Assembly: GCF_000143415.4 (NCBI RefSeq)
Contig: NW_003314346.1
Span: forward strand, 588,936 to 652,935
Length of the DNA: 64,000 nt
Source of the DNA: Selaginella moellendorffii
Taxonomy: Eukaryota; Plantae; Lycopodiophyta
Reading direction: 5' to 3'
Positions 1 to 11,650 of the stretch are shown one piece after another. Below the pieces are notes generated by a model. That model searched no databases. It was not told the DNA's origin and saw only the letters and a program-made list of their open reading frames with translations. How positions within the stretch are numbered: position 1 is the stretch's first letter; each line of letters opens with the position of its first letter. Position numbers and translations under genes: made by a program.

Positions 1-2895
1 CAATAGTAGCTGTTAACGCCGTGTCAGCATCTGGGGGTGGGCACGCTCCTGCATACAGAGCTTGTGAGATAACATTTAAACTTAAAGTGTGTACTCACCA
101 GGTTCGCAGAGAAGATACTGTTTTTCTTTGGCAACTGTAATTATATGCTCCATTGAAGTCATCTCTTCAATGGAGTTTGTCACCGCAACACAAGGGACAC
201 CCTTGAGTAGTGCGGCTCGAAAGAATAGTCCGCCGCAGTTGTACTCGACAACGCATTTGCCCTTGGAGTCGGAAGCAGGTGACCCACCCGCTATTGCGTT
301 GAAGACCCAGCTGAGCATTTCCCATGCTGCACCTGGAGCTTTCTTTGGATTCGAAAGCTCCATAGCCGTCTTCAGTTCCTCAGGCACGGGTAAATTGACC
401 TCCCTCAGATCAATTCGATTGGCCTTGTCGAACGAAGCTGGGAAGTCACTCCAGTCCCACTCTGCTGCAGGACCAATAACAAGGGCGAGTGTGAAGATGC
501 GGACATTCGTCGGTATCTTCTTCTTAGCCATTATCCCATGGATCTCCCGCATCTCCTTGCCTTTCAACCGAGCCTTCACCTCGTTCAAGGCCTTCCAGAA
601 CTTGTGATAGGATTCGGAGTCGTAGATCATATAGTGGACTGAAGATTCCACCTCCGCAAGTCCCACCATTAAGTCAATGATGGAGCTGACTTCGTCTGCA
701 TGAGTGATCTCCTCGTTTGTGAAGTCCATCACACAAAAGATGTTCTTGACCTGCTCATCTCTGCGGGAAACGATGCTCCTCCACCTTTGATCCTCATCCG
801 AATTCAAGTATACCCGGTAAGGTTCTCGATAGGCCTCTGCTGCGGGGTCGAGCTGTTTCTGAAGCCGGCGGTCGACATCAATCTTAATGAAATTTGGATA
901 CTGATCCAACTTCTCAGCTTTACTTTTCGTGGCATCCCGCAGCAGATCGATGAACTTGGGGGCCCCCTTCACGTACTCGTCGATGTCTTCATTTGACAAC
1001 TCCAGCGCTTCCATCATCTCTTGCGTGGTGTCGATGCTCACCCTCTCCACGGCCACTTGCTCGAAGATCCAATCCTTCAATAGCGCACGAGCTCTCAGAG
1101 TCGTGCACAAGTCCTCGTATGTCACAATATGGCCGGGAGTCATTTTGGTCTTGTTGAAGACAACCTCACCATGTAGAAGAGCATTAGCCACTGTCAGAAG
1201 GTCGTCGTCGTCTAGAGACCGCGAGAAACGCAAGGCATTGAGCTTCAAATCATTGGGCTTCCGGCCGTCCTCCACACCCATTGAGTTTGGCAACTCCCCG
1301 TCATGGTACCTCCTCAGCACATCTACCCATTTGTCAAAAACAACTTTTGTCGCGAGTAGAATGTTATGGATGCTGAGTGTGTCATTGACCCCCAGTGTTT
1401 TCGAGAGAAGACTCGAGAATTCCTGCAATGGAAATGGCGTGAGGCCACATGCTATGCCACATACAACGAGGCTTACCTGCCAGGCGCTAGTTGCTAGTGC
1501 ACGTCCTTGTCCTGGTTTTTGTGGCTTCTTCAGTTGAACCCAGAGCTTCCGTGTTCGTGCCAATGTCTCGTGCAGACCCGATTTGTAGCACGTTTCTTGC
1601 TTGACATTCTGCGCGTGGGAGATGTATATGATAGATCGGAGGGGCGAGTTGCCTTTTATCAGGCGGACAACTCTTGTCTTGAAGACTTTCTTCACCTCCT
1701 CGCCCACCATAATATCCACAACTATCTCTTGCATCGCCAAGCTAGAATGCTGCCCGGAGACGGCATAGAACCGGATGTTCTGATCGTCCAACACCTTCCT
1801 ATTGATCAAGTCTGGAAACCTCGTCTCGCCCTTCATTGTTCGGTAGTAGGGGATCACGTCTGCGATGTCGGGTGTTACTGGACTTGCCAGCATCTTCTGC
1901 TTCAGTTTCTCCACCCACTCATCAGATACTAGCTTGTGGTTGTATTTGCTTTGGATGTCGATACGGCTCACGTCGATTGTATATACATTGTTGGAATAGT
2001 AACAAGTACTATTATCTGCGACGATTTTTGCTGCCTCTTCTTGCTCTTTCTGCTCTTTGCGGCTCTTCTTTTTGGTGGGTGTAGTGTTCGAACCCGAGGC
2101 AATGGCATCACTGAGTAGCTTCTTTTTTGGAGCAGGAGAGTCGGACGTCGGCTTGAGCTTGACCACCCTTTTCTGCTTCGAGGTAGTTTCCAGATCGACC
2201 CCCTTCCCCTTTGCTTCGCGAACTGGAGTCACTCTCAACGGCTCAATGTTGGAATATAGTTTTTGAACATCGCCGTAGGTGAGGTCCGTGGATTCCATGT
2301 GATCTTCATAGACCCGCAGCGTCTTTGAAATTGTGGGCCTCCTGGACAACCTCTCCCTAGCTCCCTCTAGGAATTCCTCATAGCCGCTGCCCCCCTCCGG
2401 GAAGCCGCTAGGATGTGCAAGGTGGATCTTGAAGGCAGACGCTGTCTCTACCACAAGTGCCAGTCCATATTCTTGCATGGAACTGCATGGAGTGTCTGTC
2501 ACTTGGATGAGGATCCCCATGCATTCTTTTCTCCCACCATCTGTGTTGTACAGCCTCAGATCCTCGCCTTCTATCCCGAAAGTCCAACTGGTGAGCTCCT
2601 CCCCCTTCTCTGCATCCACATTGACAGTGGCTGGAAGAAGAACGCAATTCCTCGCCTGTTCAGAAATGCACAACAATTAGAGCTGACAGATGAAAAGCTA
2701 GTAGCTGGAAATAACGTGAGGCCACACGCCATTCACCACTGCATCAGATGTCTTGAGGCTGCATCCTAAGATGGCGTGAGGCTACACGCCATCTGTAACC
2801 GGACTGCACTCGAGAGCCCAATCGGTACATGCCAATGTTGCTACTGAATGGCATGTGGCCTCATGCCATTTTCTACTTGGCCTAAAAGACTTACC
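1..2895 (-). CDS. Multi-exon ~850+ aa protein: Lys-rich linker, ParB/Sulfiredoxin-like domain, C-terminal degenerate DNA amino-methyltransferase-like fold; 3' end runs off the window start
   Basis: 864-aa open frame 82-2676. In-frame 54-nt GT-AG intron at 1423-1476, intron 49-98, probable upstream introns near 2655-2737 and 2766-2895. ParB-like segment 'YTIDVSRIDI..YNHKLVSDEWVEKLKQKM..RFYAVSGQHSSLA' (SGQH at 1747-1758). C-terminal 'KKAPGAAWEMLSWVF..GKCVVEYNCGGLFFRAALLKGVPCVAV' resembles MTase motifs X-I-II. Confidence 0.6.
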
Positions 2896-4132
2896 ATTTG
2901 AAGTCGAATGGAGGCGTGACAACCGGACTCGCTGGCGAATGTGCACTGTGTGTGCAGCGGATCGTAGCAGCAAGGCTACTCTGCCACTTACAGTTGGAGA
3001 GTGGCGCTGAAATCTCCCGGGACGCCAAGTGGGCTGCGTGTGGGTGGCGGAGTGGGCGGCGGAGTTGGCGGCGAAGTTACAAACTGGGTGTGTCTTGAAG
3101 TGGACGCCGATGCACACGAGCGCGATGCGAGCGCGAGTGTGATGCAAGCGCGAGTGGACGCCGATGCACACGAGAAACCTGTAGAGAAGTGGGAGCGCGA
3201 GTGGGAGCGCGATGCGAGCGCGAGTGTGCGAGCGCGAGTACGAAGCAAAATGCAAAACCTAACCTCACACGCGCGAAATGTCACGACGGTTGGTAATCCC
3301 GCCATGTCATCATTTCTCGGACTTGGGCGCCACCATTAATTTCTGGATCGGCGTGCGCATGCGTGAAATCCAAAAGAAATCCGCAACGTCATCATTCCTC
3401 AGACTGCATGCACGCGAAATCCAAAAGAAAGATCATGATTGGGATATCATTTAATACCCTCGCTATATTTATACCATGCATGATTGGATATTCCAAAGCA
3501 TCTTGTATTTCCAAAAATGCCAGATGTTCAGCTAAATAAATTGTCAGAGGATGACGTTCAAGCATGTGGGCTCATGCAATTTTGATCCCAAAAAATGCAC
3601 CAAAAAATGCTCGGCATCATCTGGCGTTATCTCTTGAATGGCGTGGGGCCGCATGCCATTTTCAGGAGCACATAGGAGTATATTCCTAGAATATTCTGAC
3701 ACGCGCGAGATTGTTTTGAGTTTCCTGGAGATCCAACCGTTAGATCGCAACTAGATTTTACAGAATGGTATACAATGTCCTTCTTGATGACCCTGCAAAG
3801 AAGCATCTCGATCGGACACCACATGAGACCACACGAGCCTTACAATGTTTCAGGGGCATTTGCCATAGATCCGACCGTTATTTTGCTCCAAGATTCTACA
3901 GTTTGGTGTGCATTGACCTTTCCATCGACACTGCAAAGGGACATCACAATCAGATGCGGGATCACAAGAAACCAACTTCACTAACTCTGGTTTCACCAAG
4001 ATCTACGTAAGGAGTTATGAAATGAAAGGACCCTCTCTATTGAAATGTGTTTATGGTCCTAGGGGCATTGTGACATATCAAAGGATTTTGCATCAAGTTC
4101 TGTATTTGCATGTTTATCAAGCTACTGAATTG

Positions 4133-4159
4133 CTAAACCCTAAACCCTAAACCCTAAAC
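4133..4159 (+). repeat. Interstitial plant telomeric tract (CCCTAAA)n
   Basis: ctaaaccctaaaccctaaaccctaaac. Confidence 0.85.
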
Positions 4160-5003
4160 ATGTGGCAAATGCTGCGTGAAGAAAGATGCCCTTTCTGGGC
4201 AAATGCTGTAAGAGGCAGATGCCGAGCAGATGTATCTCAGGCTAGTGAAGGGGACAAACGAAAGCTAGCAACCAAAGGAATGTAAGCAACCAAAGGAATG
4301 TAAGTAGGGCATGTGTTTGTAAGTTTAAAAATGCCTCAACCACTTAAATTCCCAAGTAAATAAAGCTGTTTCTATTTTTGGTACAGGTAAACTTTATAGT
4401 GTGTGGGCTCATGCAATTTTGAACCCAAAAATGCACCAAAAAATGCTCGACTAGCATTATTCTTTGAATGGCGTGTGGCCTTATATTGCCATAAATGACA
4501 CAGCATAATTATTCCTTTACACTGCGAATAATCTTGGAGCACATAGGAGTATATTCCTAGAATATTCTGACACGCGCGAGATTGTTTTGAGTTTCCTGGA
4601 GATCCAACCGTTAGATCGCAACTAAATTTTACAGAATGGTATACAATGTCCTTCTTGATGACCCTGCAAAGAAGCATCTCGATCGGACACCACATGAGAC
4701 CACACGAGCCTTACAATGTTTCAGGGGCATTTGCCATAGATCCGACCGTTATTTTGCTCCAAGATTCTACAGTTTGGTGTGCATTGACCTTTCCATCGAC
4801 ACTGCAAAGGGACATCACAATCAGATGCGGGATCACAAGAAACCAACTTCACTAACTCTGGTTTCACCAAGATCTACGTAAGGAGTTATGAAATGAAAGG
4901 ACCCTCTCTATTGAAATGTGTTTATGGTCCTAGGGGCATTGTGACATATCAAAGGATTTTGCATCAAGTTCTGTATTTGCATGTTTATCAAGCTACTGAA
5001 TTG

Positions 5004-5036
5004 CTAAACCCTAAACCCTAAACCCTAACCCTAAAC
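5004..5036 (+). repeat. Interstitial plant telomeric tract (CCCTAAA)n with one CCCTAA variant
   Basis: ctaaaccctaaaccctaaaccctaaccctaaac. Confidence 0.85.
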
Positions 5037-5450
5037 ATGTGGCAAATGCTGCGTGAAGAAAGATGCCCTTTCTGGGCAAATGCTGTAAGAGGCAGATGCC
5101 GAGCAGATGTATCTCAGGCTAGCGAAGGGGACAAACGAAAGCTAGCTATAAACATGACGGGATGCAAATAGATTACTAGGCTGGTCCTGCGAAAATCAAA
5201 AACCATAATTGAAAACATTGAAAATGCAAAAAGAAAGGTTTATAATATTTTTGAATTTTAAGCAACCAAAGGAATGTAAGTAGGGCATGTGTTTGTAAGT
5301 TTAAAAATGCCTCAACCACTTAAATTCCCAAGTAAATAAAGTTGTTTCTATTTTTGGTATAGGTAAACTTTATAGCGTGTGGGCTCATGCAATTTTGAAC
5401 CCAAAAATGCACCAAAAAATGCTCGACTAGCATTATTCTTTGAATGGTGT

Positions 5451-5977
5451 NNNNNNNNNNNNNNNNNNNNNNNNNNNNNNNNNNNNNNNNNNNNNNNNNN
5501 NNNNNNNNNNNNNNNNNNNNNNNNNNNNNNNNNNNNNNNNNNNNNNNNNNNNNNNNNNNNNNNNNNNNNNNNNNNNNNNNNNNNNNNNNNNNNNNNNNNN
5601 NNNNNNNNNNNNNNNNNNNNNNNNNNNNNNNNNNNNNNNNNNNNNNNNNNNNNNNNNNNNNNNNNNNNNNNNNNNNNNNNNNNNNNNNNNNNNNNNNNNN
5701 NNNNNNNNNNNNNNNNNNNNNNNNNNNNNNNNNNNNNNNNNNNNNNNNNNNNNNNNNNNNNNNNNNNNNNNNNNNNNNNNNNNNNNNNNNNNNNNNNNNN
5801 NNNNNNNNNNNNNNNNNNNNNNNNNNNNNNNNNNNNNNNNNNNNNNNNNNNNNNNNNNNNNNNNNNNNNNNNNNNNNNNNNNNNNNNNNNNNNNNNNNNN
5901 NNNNNNNNNNNNNNNNNNNNNNNNNNNNNNNNNNNNNNNNNNNNNNNNNNNNNNNNNNNNNNNNNNNNNNNNNNNNN
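5451..5977. other. Assembly gap
   Basis: Run of N. Confidence 1.
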
Positions 5978-5979
5978 GG

Positions 5980-6588
5980 GCTTGCCTTCCCCAAGCCTTT
6001 GCCATTGTTTAACAAAGTTCCGATCCATGGACACAAGGGTCCCTTTTGCAACTCTCTTCCCACCATTCAAAATGTAAACCTTTTCCCCACCCCTGAAGGC
6101 CATTCTGAAAGTGCAGAAAAGAAGTTAAGACCATACAAAAAATGATTGGAGAATGGCCTAAATCATAACATACCAAACAACCTCAATAGCATGAGGCCCC
6201 ATGCCATTATTCAAACATGCTATTGACACCCACAGGAGATTTCGCATTCACAAAAATGGCATGAGGCCTCATGCCATTAGTGGTACCACTAATGGCATGA
6301 GGGCTCATGCCAATTTTGTGAATGCGAAATTTCATGTGGGTGTCAATAGCATGTTTGAATAATGGCATGTGGCCTCATGCTATTGAGGTTGTTTGGTATG
6401 TTATGATTTAGGCCATTCTCCAATCATTTTTTGTATGGTCTTAACTTCTTTTCTGCACTTTCAGAATGGCCTTCAGGGTTGGGGAAAAGGTTTACATTTT
6501 GAATGGTGGGAAGAGAGTTGCAAAAGGGACCCTTGTGTCTATGGATCGGAACTTTGTTATACACTGTCAAAGGCTTGGGGAAGGCAAT
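5980..6588. repeat. Spacer-less inverted repeat (~305-bp arms) centred on GGTACC at 6282-6287
   Basis: 5980-6284 is the reverse complement of 6285-6588 with scattered mismatches. The right arm contains the transposase start. Confidence 0.9.
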
Positions 6589-9500
6589 GCTGCTGTATCA
6601 GTAGAGACTGTCTTCGATGGGAATGTGGTTGCTATTGAATGAGGAGAGATGGTCGTCGGGGTAAATGTTGTTGTTGCCTTGAAAAATCTTCAGAAGAAAG
6701 CAGATGTTAGGGACAGCGCAAGTGCGACGCATGTTCCCTCCGTGGATCTTAAGAACCGTGCTACATGGATTCAGGCAAAGGTGTTTCTAAACAACCCCGA
6801 GGGGGAGGTGGTAGCTGAGGGCTTAGCCACAGTTGTCGATCCAAGAGATGCGGTTGCTAATCAAGAATTGGGCTGGGATGATATTGGAGTTGCAATTTTA
6901 GAGGTTGTTGACACAGAAGAAAACAGTCTGACTATTGGAAGCATTGTGCGGTGGAAATTGAGGCATTTAGTGTTTGAGAATGTGAAGGATTCACAATCAA
7001 ACACCACTACAACTGATGACAGAACATCTCTTCATGGGAAAAGAAAGTACACCTTCCTACAGCGCAGCCAAAGGGATCTGAGCAACGAACCGAAAAGGCA
7101 GAAAATGGCGATGGAGGTTCGAATGGTCTCGACAGTTGCTTGTTGCAAGAGGAGGTGCTGTCAACATGCTGATTGGGATGCTATTGAAGAGGAGAGAGCA
7201 AGATACAAGACATTGTCCTGGAAGGCAGCTCGCAATTTTGTGTATGAGGCATTACGGTCATCTGTTGATGCTTCAGAACATCAGGTGGGGGGCATGGTCT
7301 TCCAGAGGGGTTTGGTCTGCATGAAGGCATGGAGAATCATTTATGGAGTCCCTCGAACCACATTCTACAGAATCAAAACTGAGTTCGAGGAACAAAGGGT
7401 TCAACAGGCAGTCCATGGGAACGACGGTACGCACAAAACCAGGGGTCATGTTGTATATGGAGAGGCAATCTTCAAGAGGTTTGTCGAGACATGTAGCGAG
7501 CAGCAACCACATAAAACCCGCCTCTTGGAAGATGGAACACGAGACACCCAATGAGTTCTCCCTTCCATGTATACCAAGGGGGCCATATTGGAAGATGTGA
7601 ATCGGGAACTCCAGAGTAATGGCTACAGGAAGCTGAGCCAATCTAGATTTAGTAGATTGTGGAGCAACAGGTTCAGGGATGTGAGTATAGGAAAGTACTC
7701 CAGCTTTTCAAAGTGTGACGAGTGCACTGCTATCAAAATGGCTTTGTCGAAGAATTCTTGCAGCGCTCAAGAGCGAGAGACGTTGGTTAGAAGGCGGCTC
7801 GACCACAACATCGAGCAGAGAAGCTGCAGGACTGCATATTATCATAACAGGATTCTCTCCATGGAGAGACCTGACTCTTACCTCTGCATCATCCACGACA
7901 AAATGGATCAGAAAAAGACGTGCTTACCTCGACTCAATCCTGCCCCCAAGGCAATCTCTTCATCCATGTAGCTGCCTGTGTCTCTGTTTGGCATAATCGC
8001 TCATGGGCATGGTGCCCAGAACTATGGGAACTTCTTTGTACCTCTATGGGGTGGCGGGGGTGCAAACATGATGATTGCGTCCTTAGCAAAACACTTAAGG
8101 TCTCTGCAAAGTGCGCAGACTGAGCTGAACGGCCAACCCTTGCATAAGGCCCTTGTCGATCGAACCCCATACAGGGTTCAGCTGGAGGAGGAGCAAAGGC
8201 TTGCAGTATCGCGTGGGGCCCCATGCCATCCCAGTGAATATGTTGGCCGTCAGATTGTAGGGTTATCACGTGAGGCCTCATGCCATTACGACGAGGCTGG
8301 TCGCCCGGTGAATGCACAGCCTCATCCAAACGAAGCAGAATCTCAAGGAAGTTCTTGCGGCCGATGTGGCCTTCCACCCCATCTTCTGCTCCAAACAGAC
8401 AATGCTGGCAGTGAGAACAAAAACATGTACGTCTTCGCGTACTTGGCGATGCTTGTTGCCAAAGGCATATTTGAAACGGTTACACTTGGCTTTCTCATGG
8501 TTGGGCACACTCATGAAGACGTCGATGCCATGTTCAGTCACCTGGCAGAGTCCCTCCGGCGATCCAATGTCCTCACCCTCCCACAACTCTACGATGAATT
8601 CCAAAATTGCATCAAAGGCACTGTTGAAGCTGCACTTGTGACAGAGGTTCTAGACTTTAAGGGGTTTGTAAGAGGCTACATCAGGGACGGATCCGAAACG
8701 CTGATTGGCCACTCCAAGCCTCTTCAGTTTCATTTCAGCATGCGTGACGGTGCTCCAGTGATGAGGTACAAGATGAGAGAATGGGACACAGTGTGGCTGC
8801 CAGTGGATGGCATTGAACTCTTCAAGAGAGATCCCATAATTGGGGAACCTATGATTCCTCAGGGTTCCCCACGGCCGATGCACCCGGATGGACTCAAAGA
8901 CCAGGAAAGTATAGTGGCCGGGATTAGACAGCATATTGCCTTCTGGAAGAGGGGGTTGGTGTTTGGTGGAGAATCCTATTTTAAGAGGTGCAAGCCTTTG
9001 CTCGAATACTGGGAGAAGATTATATCTGCTATCCAAAATGGGCCAGTTGTATATGAAGAATTGGAAGAGTCCTTTTGGCCAGAACCCAGAGCACCAGATA
9101 GTAGCGGAACAATGTCCTCTGGAAATGCAGTGACAGATAACGATGTTGAGGATCACTATTGTGGGCCGAGGAACAAGAAGCCGGATTCAGCATTCAATCC
9201 AGTACAGGTCTGCAAAGGAATGGTCGTGCTTGTCAGACCCAGTAATAAAAAACAAATGATATGGGTGGGGCGCTGCATCACTGATGCAGAGGAGGACGCG
9301 GAAACTAACTCCTTCAATGTAACTGTGGAGTGGTTCAAGCCAAGTTCCGGATATACAAAGGATTGCCTAGAAAAGAGATGGGTGCTGAATCCAAGGGATC
9401 CCAGCATGAGCATATCGGTGGATAATGTTGTGCATGGTTGGATGCGGAAGCAGAGTGCCACCATCACCTTGCCAGACCATGCAAGAGATGCAGCAAGAGC

Positions 9501-9607
9501 ATTCATAACCTGGGTTCAAGGTGAGATTCATTAATATTCCTTTACTAAGTTTCTAATCTATTTTATTTCAAGGTGAACAATCCGAATCTGAATCAGAGGA
9601 GGCGTGA
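6466..9607 (+). pseudogene. DDE-type transposase (DUF7869 / Sola1-like), ~1,030 codons, three in-frame stops
   Basis: One continuous frame from ATG 6466 through ORFs 6649, 7567 and 7978, broken only by TGA 6640, TGA 7552 and TAG 7969. Motifs CCKRRCC, VCMKAWRIIYGV, FSKCDEC, IIHDKMDQ, LLLQTDNAGSENKN, FLMVGHTHEDVDAMFS. Terminal intron 9521-9572. Confidence 0.75.
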
Positions 9608-10281
9608 TGGCATGTGGCCCTTTGCACTAGTATATCTTAATACCGGTCTGAGAAATAGAATGGCATGTGCCCTCAGGCCTTTTACTAAATCACCTTTGAA
9701 AGAAATGCAAGCCTCTATGTCGTAAAAAAAAGGTACTAGAGAAATTCCTTAATAATATGAATGTTATTTAGTTTCATGAAAATACACTAAGGGTCAAATG
9801 AGTTAAATGACTTCTCCAGACTAGCAATGCCTCTTGCTACACCTTCACAATTAGATTCGTTAGAATGAATAATATCTAAATGTTCTCACCATTAAGTTAT
9901 ATGTCTGGCTAATAGGAATGACGTTCATCTTGGAAAGCTCACCACACGCTCAATGAACAAACAAATAGTGTGTGCGCGCATGCCATCGCTCTTCTTTAGC
10001 TTCAGATTCAACTTGTTCACCTTGACAATGAGATTTATTATACAACCAAATGGACTCAGTCTGGACACAAAGTCACCGCGCTAGTCACCATGCCCCAGAT
10101 ATGTCTAGCCCCTGGACAAAAAACATATAATTTCACGTCATTTTCAAATACTTGAAAATTTGTACCTAGTCCCATTTTACTGAATAAATCCCACTTTAAC
10201 GAAATAGAGCTTTATAGGTATCTCCAATATAGAGGCGTTCCTCTCGAAACACCGGTATGCGCACGCCTCCTGAGGCATGGT

Positions 10282-11650
10282 GTGAGAGATGGAGGCATGT
10301 ACCCGAAAACAATGAAGTTTCCAGCAGCAATAAAGCGCGCTTGTCCTTGGGAATTGGACATGCCAAATTATGAACCAACCCACCATGAGGCTGCAAGAGG
10401 CAACAATGATGACGAAGATGATGGCCATGAGAATGTCGACCCTATTGGTGCCAATGGCGAGCAGAGTGAAGATGGCGGTGAGAACAAGATTCTTCGAGAC
10501 GAAGTCGAGCAAGAGAACTAGAACGTCCAAGAAGTTCTACCTCGACAAAAGTGAGCAAATCCACATCTGGAGGAATTAGTCAATAGTGATGATGATCGTC
10601 CAAGATGTCCCCGTAACCGAGGAACTTCTCGAGGTATATTTCTTTTAATTCTCTCCTTTTCTTAGTTCCTCAAAATGGTTGCAGCAAAAACTGTCAGGAG
10701 TAACTTCATTCCAGCTCGTCTTGATGCTCGAGAAGAGGACTTGGAGGAACTTATATCTACCACACGCCACATGACGGTATGTAAATTTTTCTTAAGTTCA
10801 CATCTTATCTTTGTCTTCTCCCCCTAGATTCACCCTGTATCTCCAGTGGCATTCCGTGGTGAAGTTGGGATCTTTATTGGCTCCTATAGTTCATTGATGG
10901 CATCTTTTGAGGAGGATGCTGAGAATATGGCTATCCGGCAAAAGTGGGAGCGCTTTTGTCAGAAGATCCATAGGCGACCGCTCAAGAGCACAAACTTCAT
11001 GCTCTTTGACATGCCAAATGGTCTTCCAGACGCTAATGGTGATGTCCCAAGCTGGAACAACCTGACTAAAGACCACTTGAAGGATGCATTCCTTTTGGCA
11101 GCAATTCTCCTTCACACAACCGGTCAAGTTGCCTTCATTCTCCTGAATGACCCCCATTGGATGTCCTGCCTTATGAGGTATGCAAGTCGAGTCAACTTCA
11201 AGAGGTTCTCTTCCGGATGCATCATGGATAGTGTTGGGGTCGAGACCAAAGGTGTCCTAGGCATGCCAGAGAAGGTAAGAAATCATTTTCTGTTTTGGTT
11301 GTCTCTAAAGTTTTATTATTCAGGTTATGATGTGGACCTACCATGTGTTTTGCAGAAAAGAAAATGATGATTTTCGTGATAGCGAGCGTGCTACAAGGGT
11401 TTTACCAGGGTATGATAGCTTTACTAACATCATACCAAATCTCATAGACGACGACATCCGCAACACATTGTCTGGGTATCGGTTCCAATCTCCATCGGCG
11501 ATGCATGTACTACTTGAGCTTTATTGCCCAACTAGGGGTGTTGTCATTGATTGCACAGCAGGTAGTGGTTCGATGGTCGAAGCAGCACGTGACTCTGGTA
11601 GATCGGTGTTTGCGATTGAAGAATATGAGTTCTTCAAATGCCGTCTTTGA
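10282..11650 (+). pseudogene. Beta-class N4-cytosine/N6-adenine DNA methyltransferase (N6_N4_Mtase-like), spliced, with nonsense codons in the acidic 5' exon
   Basis: Motif IV-like 'FMLFDMPNG' (11008) precedes motif X/I/II 'FQSPSAMHVLLELYCPTRGVVIDCTAGSGSMVEAARDSGRSVFAIE' (DCTAGSG at 11549). Introns at ~10633-10684, 10777-10827 and 11275-11323. In-frame TAG at 10519 and TGA at ~10552. Confidence 0.7.

Larger units (their letters stand above)
3664..5450. repeat. Tandem direct repeat, ~0.87-1.0 kb unit, at least 2 copies, cut by the assembly gap
   Basis: ~3664-4268 is nearly identical to ~4535-5146 (offset 871, identical ORFs at 3765 and 4636). ~4285-4470 recurs at ~5260-5450. Confidence 0.9.
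1434..9681. repeat. Dispersed 22-bp palindromic motif family ATGGCRTG-WGGCCW-CAYGCCAT (~17 copies)
   Basis: Copies start at 1434, 2711, 2771, 2848, 3559, 3638, 4396, 4468, 5372, 6186, 6256 (perfect ATGGCATGAGGCCTCATGCCAT), 6292, 6362, 8208, 8265, 9607, 9660. Confidence 0.9.

Noticed and set aside
2782-3339. Overlapping Arg/Ala/His-rich ORFs
   Set aside because: They arise from GC-rich short repeats (gtggacgccgatgcacacgag x2, gcgcgatgcgagcgcgagt x2); no coding evidence, though a first exon of the left gene may lie here.
4133-5036. Telomeric tracts as a chromosome end or healed break
   Set aside because: Only 3-4 units, embedded inside a tandem repeat.
5320-6145. ORFs spanning the N-gap
   Set aside because: Artefacts of translating Ns.
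6640-7971. In-frame stops as U-to-C RNA-editing or read-through sites
   Set aside because: The locus is nuclear with spliceosomal introns; 5mC deamination is the simpler explanation.
1434-9681. 22-bp palindromes as a CRISPR array
   Set aside because: Spacing is irregular (tens to thousands of bp), there are no uniform spacers or cas genes, and the context is eukaryotic.
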